Shown piece by piece: positions 21,001 through 30,535 of a DNA stretch of 56,785 nt; position 1 is the stretch's first letter, and the number at the start of each line of letters is the position of its first letter. The stretch covers positions 1 to 56,785 of the forward strand of contig JBLIHL010000001.1 in NCBI GenBank assembly GCA_047635895.1. Reading direction: 5' to 3'. Made by a program: the position numbers and the translations under genes. Under the pieces are notes generated by a model. The model was given only the letters and a program-made list of their open reading frames with translations, was not told where the DNA came from and made no database searches. Source of the stretch: Paracoccaceae bacterium (lineage in GTDB: Bacteria; Planctomycetota; UBA1135; GCA-002686595).

Positions 21001-24000
21001 CTCATCGCGACCGGGAACGTCCCCAGCCGAGTCCTCCACCTTTGGCAGCTCACGGCGGACGAGAGCTTCCGACCCGGGTCGAGCTTCTTCCACCGGAACC
21101 TCGAGCGCGGCTTCTACAGCCTGTTCTTCCTCGCCCAGGCCCTTGGCCAGGAAGGGGTCAAGACGCCCATGCATTGGACCATTGCCAGCAACGGCATGCA
21201 CTCGGTCCTTGGCGAGACACTGCGCTACCCGGAGAAGGCCATGGCCCTCGGGCCCTGCCGTGTCGTACCCCGCGAATTCACAAATATCACCTGCGCGAGC
21301 GTCGACGTCGACCTACCGGACCTGTCGGCCAAGCGCTTCGGATCGAAACGGATCCTCAATGAGTCCACGGCGAGAATCGCACAGCAGCTCCAGGGTGAGA
21401 TTGCCCAGCCGGGAGCGAACGCCACCGTGGCCTACCGCGATGGCAAGCGCTATTCCGAGTCCATGGTCCCGCAAGAACTCCTGACTGCGAGCGCCCCCGA
21501 ACATGGCGGTACATTCCTGATCACCGGTGGCCTGGGCGGAATTGGTGGCCGCATCGCCCGGCATCTTGCGGAGACGCAGAAGGCTTCGCTAGTGCTGGTG
21601 GGACGCTCGACTCTGCCTCCTCGAGAGGAGTGGGATCGTCACTTACGATCCCACGGACTCGCTGAGGCTCGAAGTCGAAGCATCACGCTGATCCGCAGTC
21701 TTGAGGAATCTGGATCAAGGGTGCTCGCCACCGACGGAGATGTTGCCGACCTCGAGCGTATGGAAGAGATCGTGACAAGAGCGACCGCTGACTTCGGTCC
21801 GATCGACTGCGTCATTCACACAGCAGGCGTCCTCCGAGACGATCTTATTCTCAGCAAGTCGTACTCTAGCGTCGAAGAGGTATTCGCGCCCAAGGTGCAC
21901 GGAACTCAGGTCTTGGGAGAGGTCTTCAGGGACAGAGACCTCCCATTGATGGTCCTGTTCTCATCCACGAGCACGGTCACAGCACCAGCTGGACAGGTGG
22001 ACTACGTCGCGGCGAACGCGTTCCTCAACGCTTTTGCGTCGGCACAGAATGGAAAGCTGGCACGGCGCGTCATCGCGCTGAATTGGGGCATTTGGGCCGA
22101 CGTCGGCATGGCAGCCAAGCTGGGGCGCAAGATGAGCCTGGGCGAGGCCCCGCAGGAGCGCAGCGAGCCTCGTCCTGCAGAACATCCGCTCTTGGACGTT
22201 CGGATCGACGACGAGCATGGCACGACCTTCGAGTCCGTGTTCTCTCCCGACACCCATTGGGTGTTCGACGAGCACCGCACTGCGGACGGCCAGGCACTGC
22301 TCCCAGGAACTGCATTCGTTGAGATGATCCGTGCGAGCGCCGCAGAGCTCGGGGGAGAGAGCCCATTCGAGATCCGCGACCTATTCTTCTTCCGTCCCCT
22401 CGCCATCGCTGACGGCGTCAAGCGCAGGGTCCGGTGCACGCTGCGGACGAGCGACGAGGGCTACGACTTCGAGGCTCAAAGCTGGTGCGAGACCCCAGAT
22501 GGCACAACGGGCTGGGAGCGGCACGTGCAGGCAAGAATCGTTCTGCGACCCGTGCCCAGGGCAGGCGCGCTGGACATTCCGGCCATCGCGCAGCGCTGTG
22601 AGTTCGACAGTCACCAGGATGACCCCTCTGGGATCGTGACCGGCCAAGAGAGGTTCCTCAAGTTCGGCCCACGCTGGCGCGTCCTTCGCGCCCAAGCGTA
22701 CGGAGACGGCGAGGCCCTCGGACGACTTCGGCTCGATGACACCTTCGCTTCGGACCACGACTCGTATTGGTTACCGCCGGGCCTTCTGGACATCGCAACC
22801 GGATTCGCCATGCCTCTACTGAAGGGCTATGGGGCATCAGAGGATCTCTGGGTCCCGGTGAACTATCGCCAGATCGCCGTTCACAGCCCACTTCCCAAGG
22901 ACGTCTACAGCTGGGTACGCCTGACCGCTAACGACACGGAGTCAGACATTGCGACCTTTGACATCCTCCTCACAGACAATGGAGGCAAGGTCGCGCTCGA
23001 GGTCAGCGGGTTCACCATCAAACGCTTGGCAAAGAACCAGGTCTTTGCGGCGGCACGGCCTCCTCTCCCCTCTGAGCTCGTCCCTGTGGATTCGCCGTCA
23101 GCCGTGACGAGGAACCTCTCAGACGCTGAGTTGGGCTTCCAGCAGCAGCTGGAGCATGGCATCCGCGGCGACGAGGGCATGGAGGCACTCGACCGCGTAC
23201 TCCGTGAGGATGCATCCAGCGTGAGATACGTCAGCTCGATGAATCTCAACGAGCTGATCCAGCATGTAGACCATTCTGCGCGGCGTACTTCCGCAAGCGA
23301 CACGGCTAAGTTCTCTCGACCCGAACTCGACTCAGAGTTCATTGAGCCCGAGAATGAAATCGAGAGAACGCTCGTGGGCTTCTGGGAGGAGCTCCTCGGC
23401 GTAGATCGAGTTGGCGCCCTGGACAGCTTCTTCGACCTCGGCGGGCATTCCCTGATTGCTGTGCGCCTCTTTGCAAAAGTCAAGAAGGCCTATCACGTGG
23501 ACCTTCCGATCTCGGTGCTCTTCGAAGCACCCAACGTACGTAGTTGCGCCCGCTTGATTCACGATCAGATTGGTACGGACGAAGAGCGCCAGAGCCGCAG
23601 CGAGTCCAAGCAAACCCGCTTCGACCACCTTGTCCCCATGCACCCATCGAACCCAGGTGATGGCACTCCGTTCTTCCTGGTCGCGGGGATGTTCGGCAAC
23701 GTCCTCAACCTCCGTCACCTGGCGCACCTCGTGGGAACCAGTCGGCCGTTCTACGGACTGCAGGCGCGAGGCCTGTACGGCGGGCACAAGCCCCATGAGT
23801 CGTTCGAGGAAATGGCGACGGACTACCTCGCCGAGATCCGGGCGGTGCAGCCCCATGGGCCGTATCTCCTTGGGGGCTTCTCGGGCGGCGGGATCACGGC
23901 CTTTGAGATTGCGCAGCAGCTGCGCAGCTCAGGGGAGGAGGTCGCCTTGCTTGCGTTCCTAGACACCCCCCTTGCCCACGCCGAGCCGCTCAGCTCTGTG

Positions 24001-24507
24001 GACAAGGCCACCATTCACCTGCAACGCCTGACCCGCCATGGTCCGGCATACGCCGTCAACTGGATGAAGAACCGCGTGAAGTGGGAAGTGGGCCGATTCC
24101 GCGAGCGTTTCGAAGGCGAGGCGAGCCAAGACGATGGCGCTCAAGAAGAATCGAACTTCCACTCGGAGGAGATTGAGGCGGCCTTCCGGCGCAGCCTTGA
24201 GCGCTACGAGCCGAAGCACTACCCGGGCGCAGTGCACCTGTTCCGTCCACGCTTGGACGAGGCCCACCGGCTAGGCTCCAATCGCGTCGCTAACTCGGAG
24301 CGCCAGATTGTCTGGGCAGACAACGGTTGGACGCCACTGGTGGACGCTCTTCACGTTTCTGAAGTCCCCGGTGATCACGACTCGATGGTCTTGGAGCCTA
24401 ACGTCCGTGTCCTCGCTTCGCGCATCCGCCGCTGCATCGAACAAGTTTCCGCCAATGGGGCCGAGAATCGAATGGAAGCGTCAGCCCCTGTGGAGGCTCA
24501 TGCGTAG
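18016..24507 (+). CDS. Type I PKS, KS-AT-KR-DH-ACP-TE
   Basis: KS VQTACSTS/HGTGT/NIGH; AT GHSMG and IAAHS; KR GGLGGIG...YVAAN; DH HPLL...EHRTADGQALLPG; ACP FFDLGGHSL; TE GGFSGG...GDH. Confidence 0.92.
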   Translation: MQESSTPRDRSNDIAIVGMSVHFPGAADHRAYWKNLQDGVESIQQLTEEELLAAGVPPRALKNPAYVRSAAFLEGMEDFDPEFFGFSPKEGAILDPQHRHFLERCWESLEDAGYAPNGVEGSVGVFAGCGMGAYFAFNLLTNPELVRSVGLFLLRHTGNDKDFLATRASYCLDLKGPSIAVQTACSTSLVAAHAACQSLLSHECDMALAGGSTIELPHKRGYLYEEGEILSPDGHCRTFDAASKGTVFGSGSGVVVLRRYDDAVEKGDHIYAVIRGSAVNNDGAGKVGYLAPSVDGQAGAAVEALAIAGVEAGQLDYVECHGTGTPVGDPIEIAALTQAFRETTDAKNFCGVGSVKSNIGHLDTAAGVAALTKAALALKHGKIPPTLHFSSPNPGIDFETSPFYVNTSLTDFPTDKPMIAGVNSLGVGGTNAFAVLEAAPRRAPSSAATRPGQLIVLSGRSKAAVDDMGKRLGSFLREDSVTPLADVAFTLLKGRTKFDVRRVFAARDRDHAIELLEAKDSQQVYTRSKGPEGGDVAFLLPGGGAQYPRMGADLYDSEPSFRKDVDRGLELLDGTLDVDLRSIWFAAEGSQEEASQAFQRPSVQLPAIFILEYALARLWMSWGIKPTALLGHSMGENTAACLAGVMTFEECLDLVRVRGQLFERVPEGGMLSVSSSEELIRPLLPSSLDLGVVNGPSLCVVSGPVGPLVQFAETLAERDIDARRIPISIAAHSSLLDEILGEFEAQVRTIDLKKPTIPFLSNLTGTWITDDEATSAKYWVGHLRGTVQYSRCAETLLASSAATFLEVGPGRTLSSLMKQQAGFKGSAVAISSVRHPDESANDGLFFMAALGQLWAAGQPLNDEVLWPGETRHRVSMPTYPFQRQRYWIEPGAGSSAAGDDEGPSIPERSDDIGAWGFTPKWTPSTLPSGQFEERSVWLIFVDGTDIGVTIAAHLKALGHVVIEVRESDAYYQASDTRFSLSPEHGRDGYDALVKDLIATGNVPSRVLHLWQLTADESFRPGSSFFHRNLERGFYSLFFLAQALGQEGVKTPMHWTIASNGMHSVLGETLRYPEKAMALGPCRVVPREFTNITCASVDVDLPDLSAKRFGSKRILNESTARIAQQLQGEIAQPGANATVAYRDGKRYSESMVPQELLTASAPEHGGTFLITGGLGGIGGRIARHLAETQKASLVLVGRSTLPPREEWDRHLRSHGLAEARSRSITLIRSLEESGSRVLATDGDVADLERMEEIVTRATADFGPIDCVIHTAGVLRDDLILSKSYSSVEEVFAPKVHGTQVLGEVFRDRDLPLMVLFSSTSTVTAPAGQVDYVAANAFLNAFASAQNGKLARRVIALNWGIWADVGMAAKLGRKMSLGEAPQERSEPRPAEHPLLDVRIDDEHGTTFESVFSPDTHWVFDEHRTADGQALLPGTAFVEMIRASAAELGGESPFEIRDLFFFRPLAIADGVKRRVRCTLRTSDEGYDFEAQSWCETPDGTTGWERHVQARIVLRPVPRAGALDIPAIAQRCEFDSHQDDPSGIVTGQERFLKFGPRWRVLRAQAYGDGEALGRLRLDDTFASDHDSYWLPPGLLDIATGFAMPLLKGYGASEDLWVPVNYRQIAVHSPLPKDVYSWVRLTANDTESDIATFDILLTDNGGKVALEVSGFTIKRLAKNQVFAAARPPLPSELVPVDSPSAVTRNLSDAELGFQQQLEHGIRGDEGMEALDRVLREDASSVRYVSSMNLNELIQHVDHSARRTSASDTAKFSRPELDSEFIEPENEIERTLVGFWEELLGVDRVGALDSFFDLGGHSLIAVRLFAKVKKAYHVDLPISVLFEAPNVRSCARLIHDQIGTDEERQSRSESKQTRFDHLVPMHPSNPGDGTPFFLVAGMFGNVLNLRHLAHLVGTSRPFYGLQARGLYGGHKPHESFEEMATDYLAEIRAVQPHGPYLLGGFSGGGITAFEIAQQLRSSGEEVALLAFLDTPLAHAEPLSSVDKATIHLQRLTRHGPAYAVNWMKNRVKWEVGRFRERFEGEASQDDGAQEESNFHSEEIEAAFRRSLERYEPKHYPGAVHLFRPRLDEAHRLGSNRVANSERQIVWADNGWTPLVDALHVSEVPGDHDSMVLEPNVRVLASRIRRCIEQVSANGAENRMEASAPVEAHA

Positions 24508-24530
24508 CCCGAAGATCCGGATAGGTTCGA

Positions 24531-25580
24531 CTATCTGATCCGCCGGTTCACGGCGCGAGCGGCGCGGGCAGCCCGGCTCTTCAGGCGGGCAAACCAAGTT
24601 TCATCCAGCTTCAGGGTCAGTCCGCGAAAGACGCCCTCAATTGCGCGAGCGTCATCACCCGAGAGCGTTCGACCCCTTAGCGCGCTTGCGGCGGCGAGCT
24701 GTCCATCCGTTCGCATTCCAACCACCGCGCCCGCGACCCCCGGCTGGCTGATCGTCCAGAGGATGGCCAGCTGGGCAACGGCCAAACCCAGTGACTCAGC
24801 CACTGGTCGCAGCTCTGCATCGCTGCGCCGCAGAACCTCTGCCGCATAGGCACTGCCCCCTGCGCGCTCCATTGCGGCTCTTCCACCGAGCAGCCCTGCA
24901 CCCGTCGTTGAATACGCAAGGAGCCCCATTCCAGACGCGGCCGTCACCATGCAGGTTCCGCCGCCGGCCTCCCGAGACAGCAAGCTGTACTCGATCTGAT
25001 GGGTTTCCAGGGGCACCTTGGTTGCGAGTGCTTCCTCGATGTCTGCCTGGGAGAAGTTCGACAGGCCAATGCGGTCGACCTTCCCTTCCTCCCGAAGGTG
25101 CGCCAACTCGCCCAAGGTCTCCGCGAGGGGTACGTGCCGGTCGCGCTGGTGCACTTGCACTAGGTCGAGTCGCTCTCGCTGAAGCCGGCGGAGGCTTCCC
25201 TCGACGTCTGCTCTGACGCTCTGTGGACGGGAGTCGCGACGCACCACCCGCGAGATGCCATCTGTGGAGACCTCGCGGTAGAGCACATCGCCATGGTCGC
25301 TATCCCAACGAAGACCGACCTTACCGAGCACAAGCGCCTGTTCCTCACGCCCTCGCAACGAGGCTCCAAGCCACTCCTCGATACGTCCGTAGCCATAGAG
25401 CGGGGCGGTATCGAACACACAGAAGCCTGCGTCAAGGCTCTTGGAGACCCGCTCACAGACCCCCTCGGGGCCGACTTGTTCCAGGTCCCGCCACATGGTC
25501 CCAACGATGATCGTCGGCAATGCGGACGCCCAGGGTCTCATTTGCTCATCCCTACTCAACGCTCGATCACTTGTATTCAA
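24531..25580 (-). CDS. Aldo/keto reductase
   Basis: FDTAPLYGYG..EE.LG, K, SLRRL...LDLVQVH, IGLSNFS, QIEYSLL.R, AQLAILW. Confidence 0.88.
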   Translation of the reverse strand: MNTSDRALSRDEQMRPWASALPTIIVGTMWRDLEQVGPEGVCERVSKSLDAGFCVFDTAPLYGYGRIEEWLGASLRGREEQALVLGKVGLRWDSDHGDVLYREVSTDGISRVVRRDSRPQSVRADVEGSLRRLQRERLDLVQVHQRDRHVPLAETLGELAHLREEGKVDRIGLSNFSQADIEEALATKVPLETHQIEYSLLSREAGGGTCMVTAASGMGLLAYSTTGAGLLGGRAAMERAGGSAYAAEVLRRSDAELRPVAESLGLAVAQLAILWTISQPGVAGAVVGMRTDGQLAAASALRGRTLSGDDARAIEGVFRGLTLKLDETWFARLKSRAARAARAVNRRIR

Positions 25581-26577
25581 TGATGCGCCGCTCCTTCTTC
25601 AAGACTTGGCCCACAAGACACTGCACCAATCCAATTAGCTCAGGAACACGCCCGATCAGGGTGAAGGTCGCGTACCAAGCTGCAGCCCTCGCGGGCAAAG
25701 ACGGTCTCACTGAGCGGGTTGCTCGAAAAACCCGCCATCCGCTGATCGCGTAGCCGACGGGCAAGATCAGAATCGCCCAGGGAGACACGAGCCACCCCAG
25801 GAGCAGCGCGGCTAGCGGCAGGGTCGCCCCCCAAAAGGCGATTCTGATGCACTCGCTGCGCCAATGACGCTCCGGTGGCTGCCCATGCATGAGGTATCCA
25901 AGTCCATACGCGAACCCAGAACGGCGTGCTCGCTTCCACCACTGCGAGAAGTGCGTGATATCCGCGTCGTGCAGGGTCATCTCCGCATCGATACGCCGAA
26001 TCTTCCAGCCGTCTCTGCGAAGGCGAACACACAGCTCGGGCTCTTCACCTGCGATGACGGTAGGGTCAAAGCCTCCGACACCGCGAAAGGCTCTTACCCG
26101 CATCATCGCATCGCCGCCGCACGCCAGCGCCTCCCCCACGCCTGTGTCCCACTCGATGTCACAGAGCTGGTTGTAGATTGATGCGTCCGGCCTTCGCTCG
26201 CGCCTACGCCCACAGACCACCGCGAGTGAATCATCGGCCTTGAGTGCATCGACGGCATGCCGCCCCCAATCGGTTCGGATTTCACAATCCCCGTCGATGA
26301 ATTGAACGAACTCGAGGCCAGGCAAGTGCTTTAGCAGCCTCTCGCAGCCTTCGGTCCGGGCACGGCCCGCGGTGAAAGGGGTCGATAGGTCGAGACGAAC
26401 CACTTCACAGCCGAGCCCCTCCGCGATGGCAACGCTGTCGTCGGTGGATCCGCTGTCGACGTAGACGGTGAGATCGAAGCTTCGGCAAGCGCTTTCCAGG
26501 GAGACCCTGAGCCTTTCCCCTTCATTGCGGCCGATCGCAACGCAGCCGATGTGTACTCCTCGCTTAGACACCGTCAT
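25567..26577 (-). CDS. GT2 glycosyltransferase
   Basis: IGRNEG.RL, YVDSGSTD, QFIDGDC, GGDAMMR, IAGEEPELCVRLR, QWW.RA.RSG. Confidence 0.88.
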   Translation of the reverse strand: MTVSKRGVHIGCVAIGRNEGERLRVSLESACRSFDLTVYVDSGSTDDSVAIAEGLGCEVVRLDLSTPFTAGRARTEGCERLLKHLPGLEFVQFIDGDCEIRTDWGRHAVDALKADDSLAVVCGRRRERRPDASIYNQLCDIEWDTGVGEALACGGDAMMRVRAFRGVGGFDPTVIAGEEPELCVRLRRDGWKIRRIDAEMTLHDADITHFSQWWKRARRSGFAYGLGYLMHGQPPERHWRSECIRIAFWGATLPLAALLLGWLVSPWAILILPVGYAISGWRVFRATRSVRPSLPARAAAWYATFTLIGRVPELIGLVQCLVGQVLKKERRIIEYK

Positions 26578-26860
26578 TGGACGCCCATTCTAGCAGCAGC
26601 CTCGGCCGCTTCCTCGCACCTCAATCGTGAACAACAGCGAGGAGCCGTCTTCGGTCGCGCAGTGGGGCACCAGCCTCGCAGCTATGGGCTGTTCCTATGG
26701 CCTGACCATAGTCAAGGCTATCGAAAATCTCATTATCGGCAAAGGTACCGTCTTACCCTGAGCCGAAGACACCTAACATGGCGGAAGCCATGCGCTGCTT
26801 CCGCGGTGCCTGTTCCCTATCGTGAGCCCCTACTGGGCGACTGATACAACCGTTCCAGAA

Positions 26861-27550
26861 ATGATCCGAGTCCTTGCTGCGCTTGCCTTGCCTCTCGCGA
26901 GCTGCGCCCTCACTCCCTCGGGAGCCCCCCTCCCGGATCTCGCCGACGAGATCAACGGCACCTTCGTGTCTCAGCCCACAGATGTGATCAGCCCGGGGGA
27001 CGTGCTCGAGCTGGAGTTCGTCTATGCCGACGATCCGTGGGACCAAAGCCCGATTCAAGTCCGAGCCTCTGGCAACGCCACGTTCGTCGCCCTCGACTCA
27101 CTTCAAGTCGCCGGGCTCAGCCTGGACGAGCTGGATGCTGAGCTCACGCGCCGCTACGAGCTAATCGTGAAGCCCGCGGAGTTGACGGTCAACTTCACTT
27201 CCCAGGCATCTTATTCCGTATCGGTACTCGGTGAGGTGTCGGCACCTGGGCGCTATCCACTCGACGCCGATTTGACGCTGCTGGATATCCTGTCCACTTC
27301 TCAAGGCTTCATCCGCGACACTGCCCGGCTCGACGCGCTTCTCCTGGTACGTCGAGACCCACAGTCGGGCAAGCTCCAGAACTGGCTCATCGACGCCCGC
27401 CCAAGGCACTGGCTAAGTGACTCGTCGATCAGCCTTCAGCGTGACGACCTGATCTATCTTCCCCCAACAGCCGTCGTCCGAGTCAACGACTGGATCGACC
27501 GGTATATCAAGAGGAACATTCCCGTTCCGATCATCACCGGCCCTCTCTGA
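26861..27550 (+). CDS. wza: Polysaccharide export lipoprotein (Wza/OPX, Poly_export + SLBB)
   Basis: Lipobox LASC after hydrophobic signal; ISPGDVLEL, VSVLGEV.APGRY, LQRDDLIYLP. Confidence 0.8.
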   Translation: MIRVLAALALPLASCALTPSGAPLPDLADEINGTFVSQPTDVISPGDVLELEFVYADDPWDQSPIQVRASGNATFVALDSLQVAGLSLDELDAELTRRYELIVKPAELTVNFTSQASYSVSVLGEVSAPGRYPLDADLTLLDILSTSQGFIRDTARLDALLLVRRDPQSGKLQNWLIDARPRHWLSDSSISLQRDDLIYLPPTAVVRVNDWIDRYIKRNIPVPIITGPL

Positions 27551-27654
27551 CGGCAAGTCGACGCGGCGATTCAGCGTGAAGAAGCCGTGGATCAACCTGT
27601 CGCCGACGGGTTCGCCCCAGATGCAACGACGACGCCAAGTGACCAGACCATCCG

Positions 27655-29310
27655 ATGCTAAGACCACATGGCAACGCCGTGAACTCCGACCGCTCTAATT
27701 CAACGCCGGAACTTGGCAAGCTCGTCATCCGAGCAGTGCTTCGCTACCCGATTTCCATTGCATTGATCTCCTGCGCGGGGCTGGCCCTTGGATTGTTCGC
27801 CGCCTTCACTAAGGTGAATTACTACAGCTCAGAGGCAAAACTGCAGGTCCGCCTCGGTGCCCGTGAGCAGACGACCCCAGAGGGAGCGATCGCGGCAGAC
27901 TTCCAGCAGCGAGGCTCAGACATTTCCATTGGGGATGTCGTCCACGTCTTCAACGACCCCATGCTGCATCGCCGCGTGGCGGCGATCGTCGGAGCAGAGA
28001 AGATCGGACACTTCCTAGACCCGCGCTTGGCCGACACCAGCGCTACACCTGCTCCCATCAAATGGATTCACTCCTTCCAGGCGTGGTGGCTCCAGCGTGA
28101 CGATACTGCCCATGCTGGTGATTCAAGAACTGACGACGAGACGCGAATTCTAAAGGTCCTTGAGCAGGGTCTGCGCATCACGTCGAGGCCGACGGACAAG
28201 ACGATCACCTTGACGTTCAACGCCCAGTCCCCCGACCTCGCGCAAGAGATTGTCCTGGCTTATCTGGATGTCTTTCGGGCACGCCACAAAGAAGTCTATG
28301 AATCGACGAACCAGCTGGCCTTCGTCCAAGGGCAACTTGCAGCGGCGCGGGCAACCGCCGTGGCCCTCAGGGCCGAGTTTTCGCAGGCAAGTCAGAAGAA
28401 CCAGATCTACGACATCGACTCACAGATCGCGCGGATCGAAGAATCGATCGAGGACATCGACGGAGAGATTGAGAACGACGAGATCGCCAGAGCTTCAGCG
28501 CGGGAGAGGCTTGAAGCGGTCAAGGCCCAGTTGGCCGATGCCGAGCCGCTACTTAGCCTCAGCGAGGTCTCAACCAGCCGTAGCGTCGATCCAGACTACG
28601 CTCCCTTGACGACGGAGCTACGTCAGACACAGGCTGCGATCGCAGAGATCGCTCGTCAGTACCCCGAAAACTCCGTCGGCTACCTCACCAGCACCCAAGC
28701 CCTCCGGAAGCGCGCAGAGCAAGTTGAGGCCGAATTAGCCTCGCACGGACCGTTCATGGAGATCGAAGGCGAGTCAGTCACCTTCGTTGAGAATCCTGCC
28801 TATTTCGAAGCGGAGACCGCTCGCCTTGCGCTCGAGACGGAGCTCATCGGGCTAGAATCCCGTTTGCAGCTGAAGAGGGCGTACCGAGACCGACTTCAGC
28901 CGCGCAGGGTGGCTCTGCGAGAGCTAGAACCTGAATATAAGCGGCTCGAAGAGGCGGTCAGGCGAAGTGAATCATCCGCGGCGCAGCTCATCCCCGCGGT
29001 CGAACGAGCCCAATGGCTCCACACCATCGAGACGCAAGAGGAGCTCAGCAACCTGAAGGTCATTCAAAACGCCACGCGGAACCCCAAGAAGGTCGGCCCA
29101 GATCGAAAGAAGCTCACCGTCCTTGGACTCTTGGGCGGTGGCCTACTGGGCCTTCTCTTGGCGATCTTGCGCCGGATCCTGGATCAGCGCCTTCGATTCG
29201 TTGACGAGGTCGAGAGTGTCACGGGACTTCAAGTTCTGGGGGTCGTGCCCCACGTGAGGCGCTGGCCTTCATCTCGACAACTGGCCAACGACCAGAAGGT
29301 GAAGGCATGA
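27655..29310 (+). CDS. Polysaccharide co-polymerase (GumC/Wzc N-terminal, PCP-2b type)
   Basis: Two TMs flanking long coiled coils; VIQNA..P.K.VGP; LD.RLR..EVE..TGL.VLGVVP. Confidence 0.82.
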   Translation: MLRPHGNAVNSDRSNSTPELGKLVIRAVLRYPISIALISCAGLALGLFAAFTKVNYYSSEAKLQVRLGAREQTTPEGAIAADFQQRGSDISIGDVVHVFNDPMLHRRVAAIVGAEKIGHFLDPRLADTSATPAPIKWIHSFQAWWLQRDDTAHAGDSRTDDETRILKVLEQGLRITSRPTDKTITLTFNAQSPDLAQEIVLAYLDVFRARHKEVYESTNQLAFVQGQLAAARATAVALRAEFSQASQKNQIYDIDSQIARIEESIEDIDGEIENDEIARASARERLEAVKAQLADAEPLLSLSEVSTSRSVDPDYAPLTTELRQTQAAIAEIARQYPENSVGYLTSTQALRKRAEQVEAELASHGPFMEIEGESVTFVENPAYFEAETARLALETELIGLESRLQLKRAYRDRLQPRRVALRELEPEYKRLEEAVRRSESSAAQLIPAVERAQWLHTIETQEELSNLKVIQNATRNPKKVGPDRKKLTVLGLLGGGLLGLLLAILRRILDQRLRFVDEVESVTGLQVLGVVPHVRRWPSSRQLANDQKVKA

Positions 29311-29957
29311 GTCGCCCGTCGAAAACAGACAACAAGGCCCGGCTCGCCCTCGATGCCCTTGCGTCGAAGTCCGGACCTGCATTCCACCGGCTGCTTGCCC
29401 ATGTCACGGACGAGACTGGTTTAGGGCGCCAATCGCGGATCCTGTTCGTAGGGGCGACCTCGGGCCAAGGCACAACCACCGTGTCCCTGGCTGCTTCGCT
29501 CGCACTCGCAAGGAACACGCCTGATCCGGTCCTCTTCCTCGAAGCCAACATCTACAATCCAAGTGCCGGACTCTACCTCGGAGCGGGCGAGGGGCCTGGA
29601 ATGCTCGACGTACTTGATGGACGGGCGGACATCCAGGATGCCCTCTACCGCCTCGAGCGCCCGGATTTGACGGTCTTCCTCGCAGGGAACGGCGATGACG
29701 CCGAGCCTGGCATGCTGGCGAAACCTAAGTTCCACGCGGCCCTCGAGAAAGCCTCAGCCCAATTTCCGACGGTCATCATGGATGGACCGTGCATCCTCGA
29801 GCATCCAGACGCCTGCGGTCTCATGAGCTACGCCACCGAAGTCATTCTCGTGGCCCGGGCCAACCACGGTCGGAGGCGAGATATACAGGCCGCTCTCGAT
29901 ATTCTGATGTCATCCCGCATCGAACCAACTGGAGTCTTCTTCAACGACTTTAGGTGA
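29307..29957 (+). CDS. CpsD/CapB-like BY-kinase domain, degenerate
   Basis: GATSGQGTTT (Walker A), VLFLEAN, VIMDGP, GVFFN; ATGA overlap with upstream gene. Confidence 0.78.
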   Translation: MSRPSKTDNKARLALDALASKSGPAFHRLLAHVTDETGLGRQSRILFVGATSGQGTTTVSLAASLALARNTPDPVLFLEANIYNPSAGLYLGAGEGPGMLDVLDGRADIQDALYRLERPDLTVFLAGNGDDAEPGMLAKPKFHAALEKASAQFPTVIMDGPCILEHPDACGLMSYATEVILVARANHGRRRDIQAALDILMSSRIEPTGVFFNDFR

Positions 29958-30535
29958 TGGTTGAGTCTTAGGACCTGCGCCTGCATGTCCAGCCGCTCCC
30001 GAATGGCGCCAACAGGCGAACTGGAGGCTCTCGTGATTCCTGTGTGTATCCCTGGGCCCCCTCGACGAGGGCGATACCTTTTGCGAGACGCGCCATTCAC
30101 CGTCTGCAGGCGCTGCTACTGCGGAACGAAGATGAAGCACCCATACGCCGCAGTGGCGTGCGAGAGGAACAACCCAGAGCGGGGCGACCTGCGGAGCCGC
30201 CAACTTACCTCACTTGAGGTCGTGAACTGCGCCATTCGCGAGGCTTCGCCCGCGGTCGTGGACTACGCCACCGCAGCGGGGGGGAGGGTCATACGGACGA
30301 AGTCGGCAGATCAGCACTCTCACGCGGGAGGGCCATTCGAACTCCGTAGCGACGACGACGGTCGCAGAATCGCGTTCGACGGTCAGCACACTCAACGATC
30401 AGGCGCAGCGGAGTCCCTCGCATCTTGACCAGCCCCAACAGACGGGGCCAACCTGATCGCGTACCCGCGCTCCTTTCGAGTCGCCACGTGCTTACGCTAG
30501 CCCGGACTCGCTGGCTCGCTCAACGAACGCGGTCT

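Noticed and set aside
26665-26680. Sigma54-like GGGCAC-N5-TCGCA upstream of wza (similar GG-N10-GC near 10065 and 39498)
   Set aside because: Imperfect match and expected by chance at this GC content.
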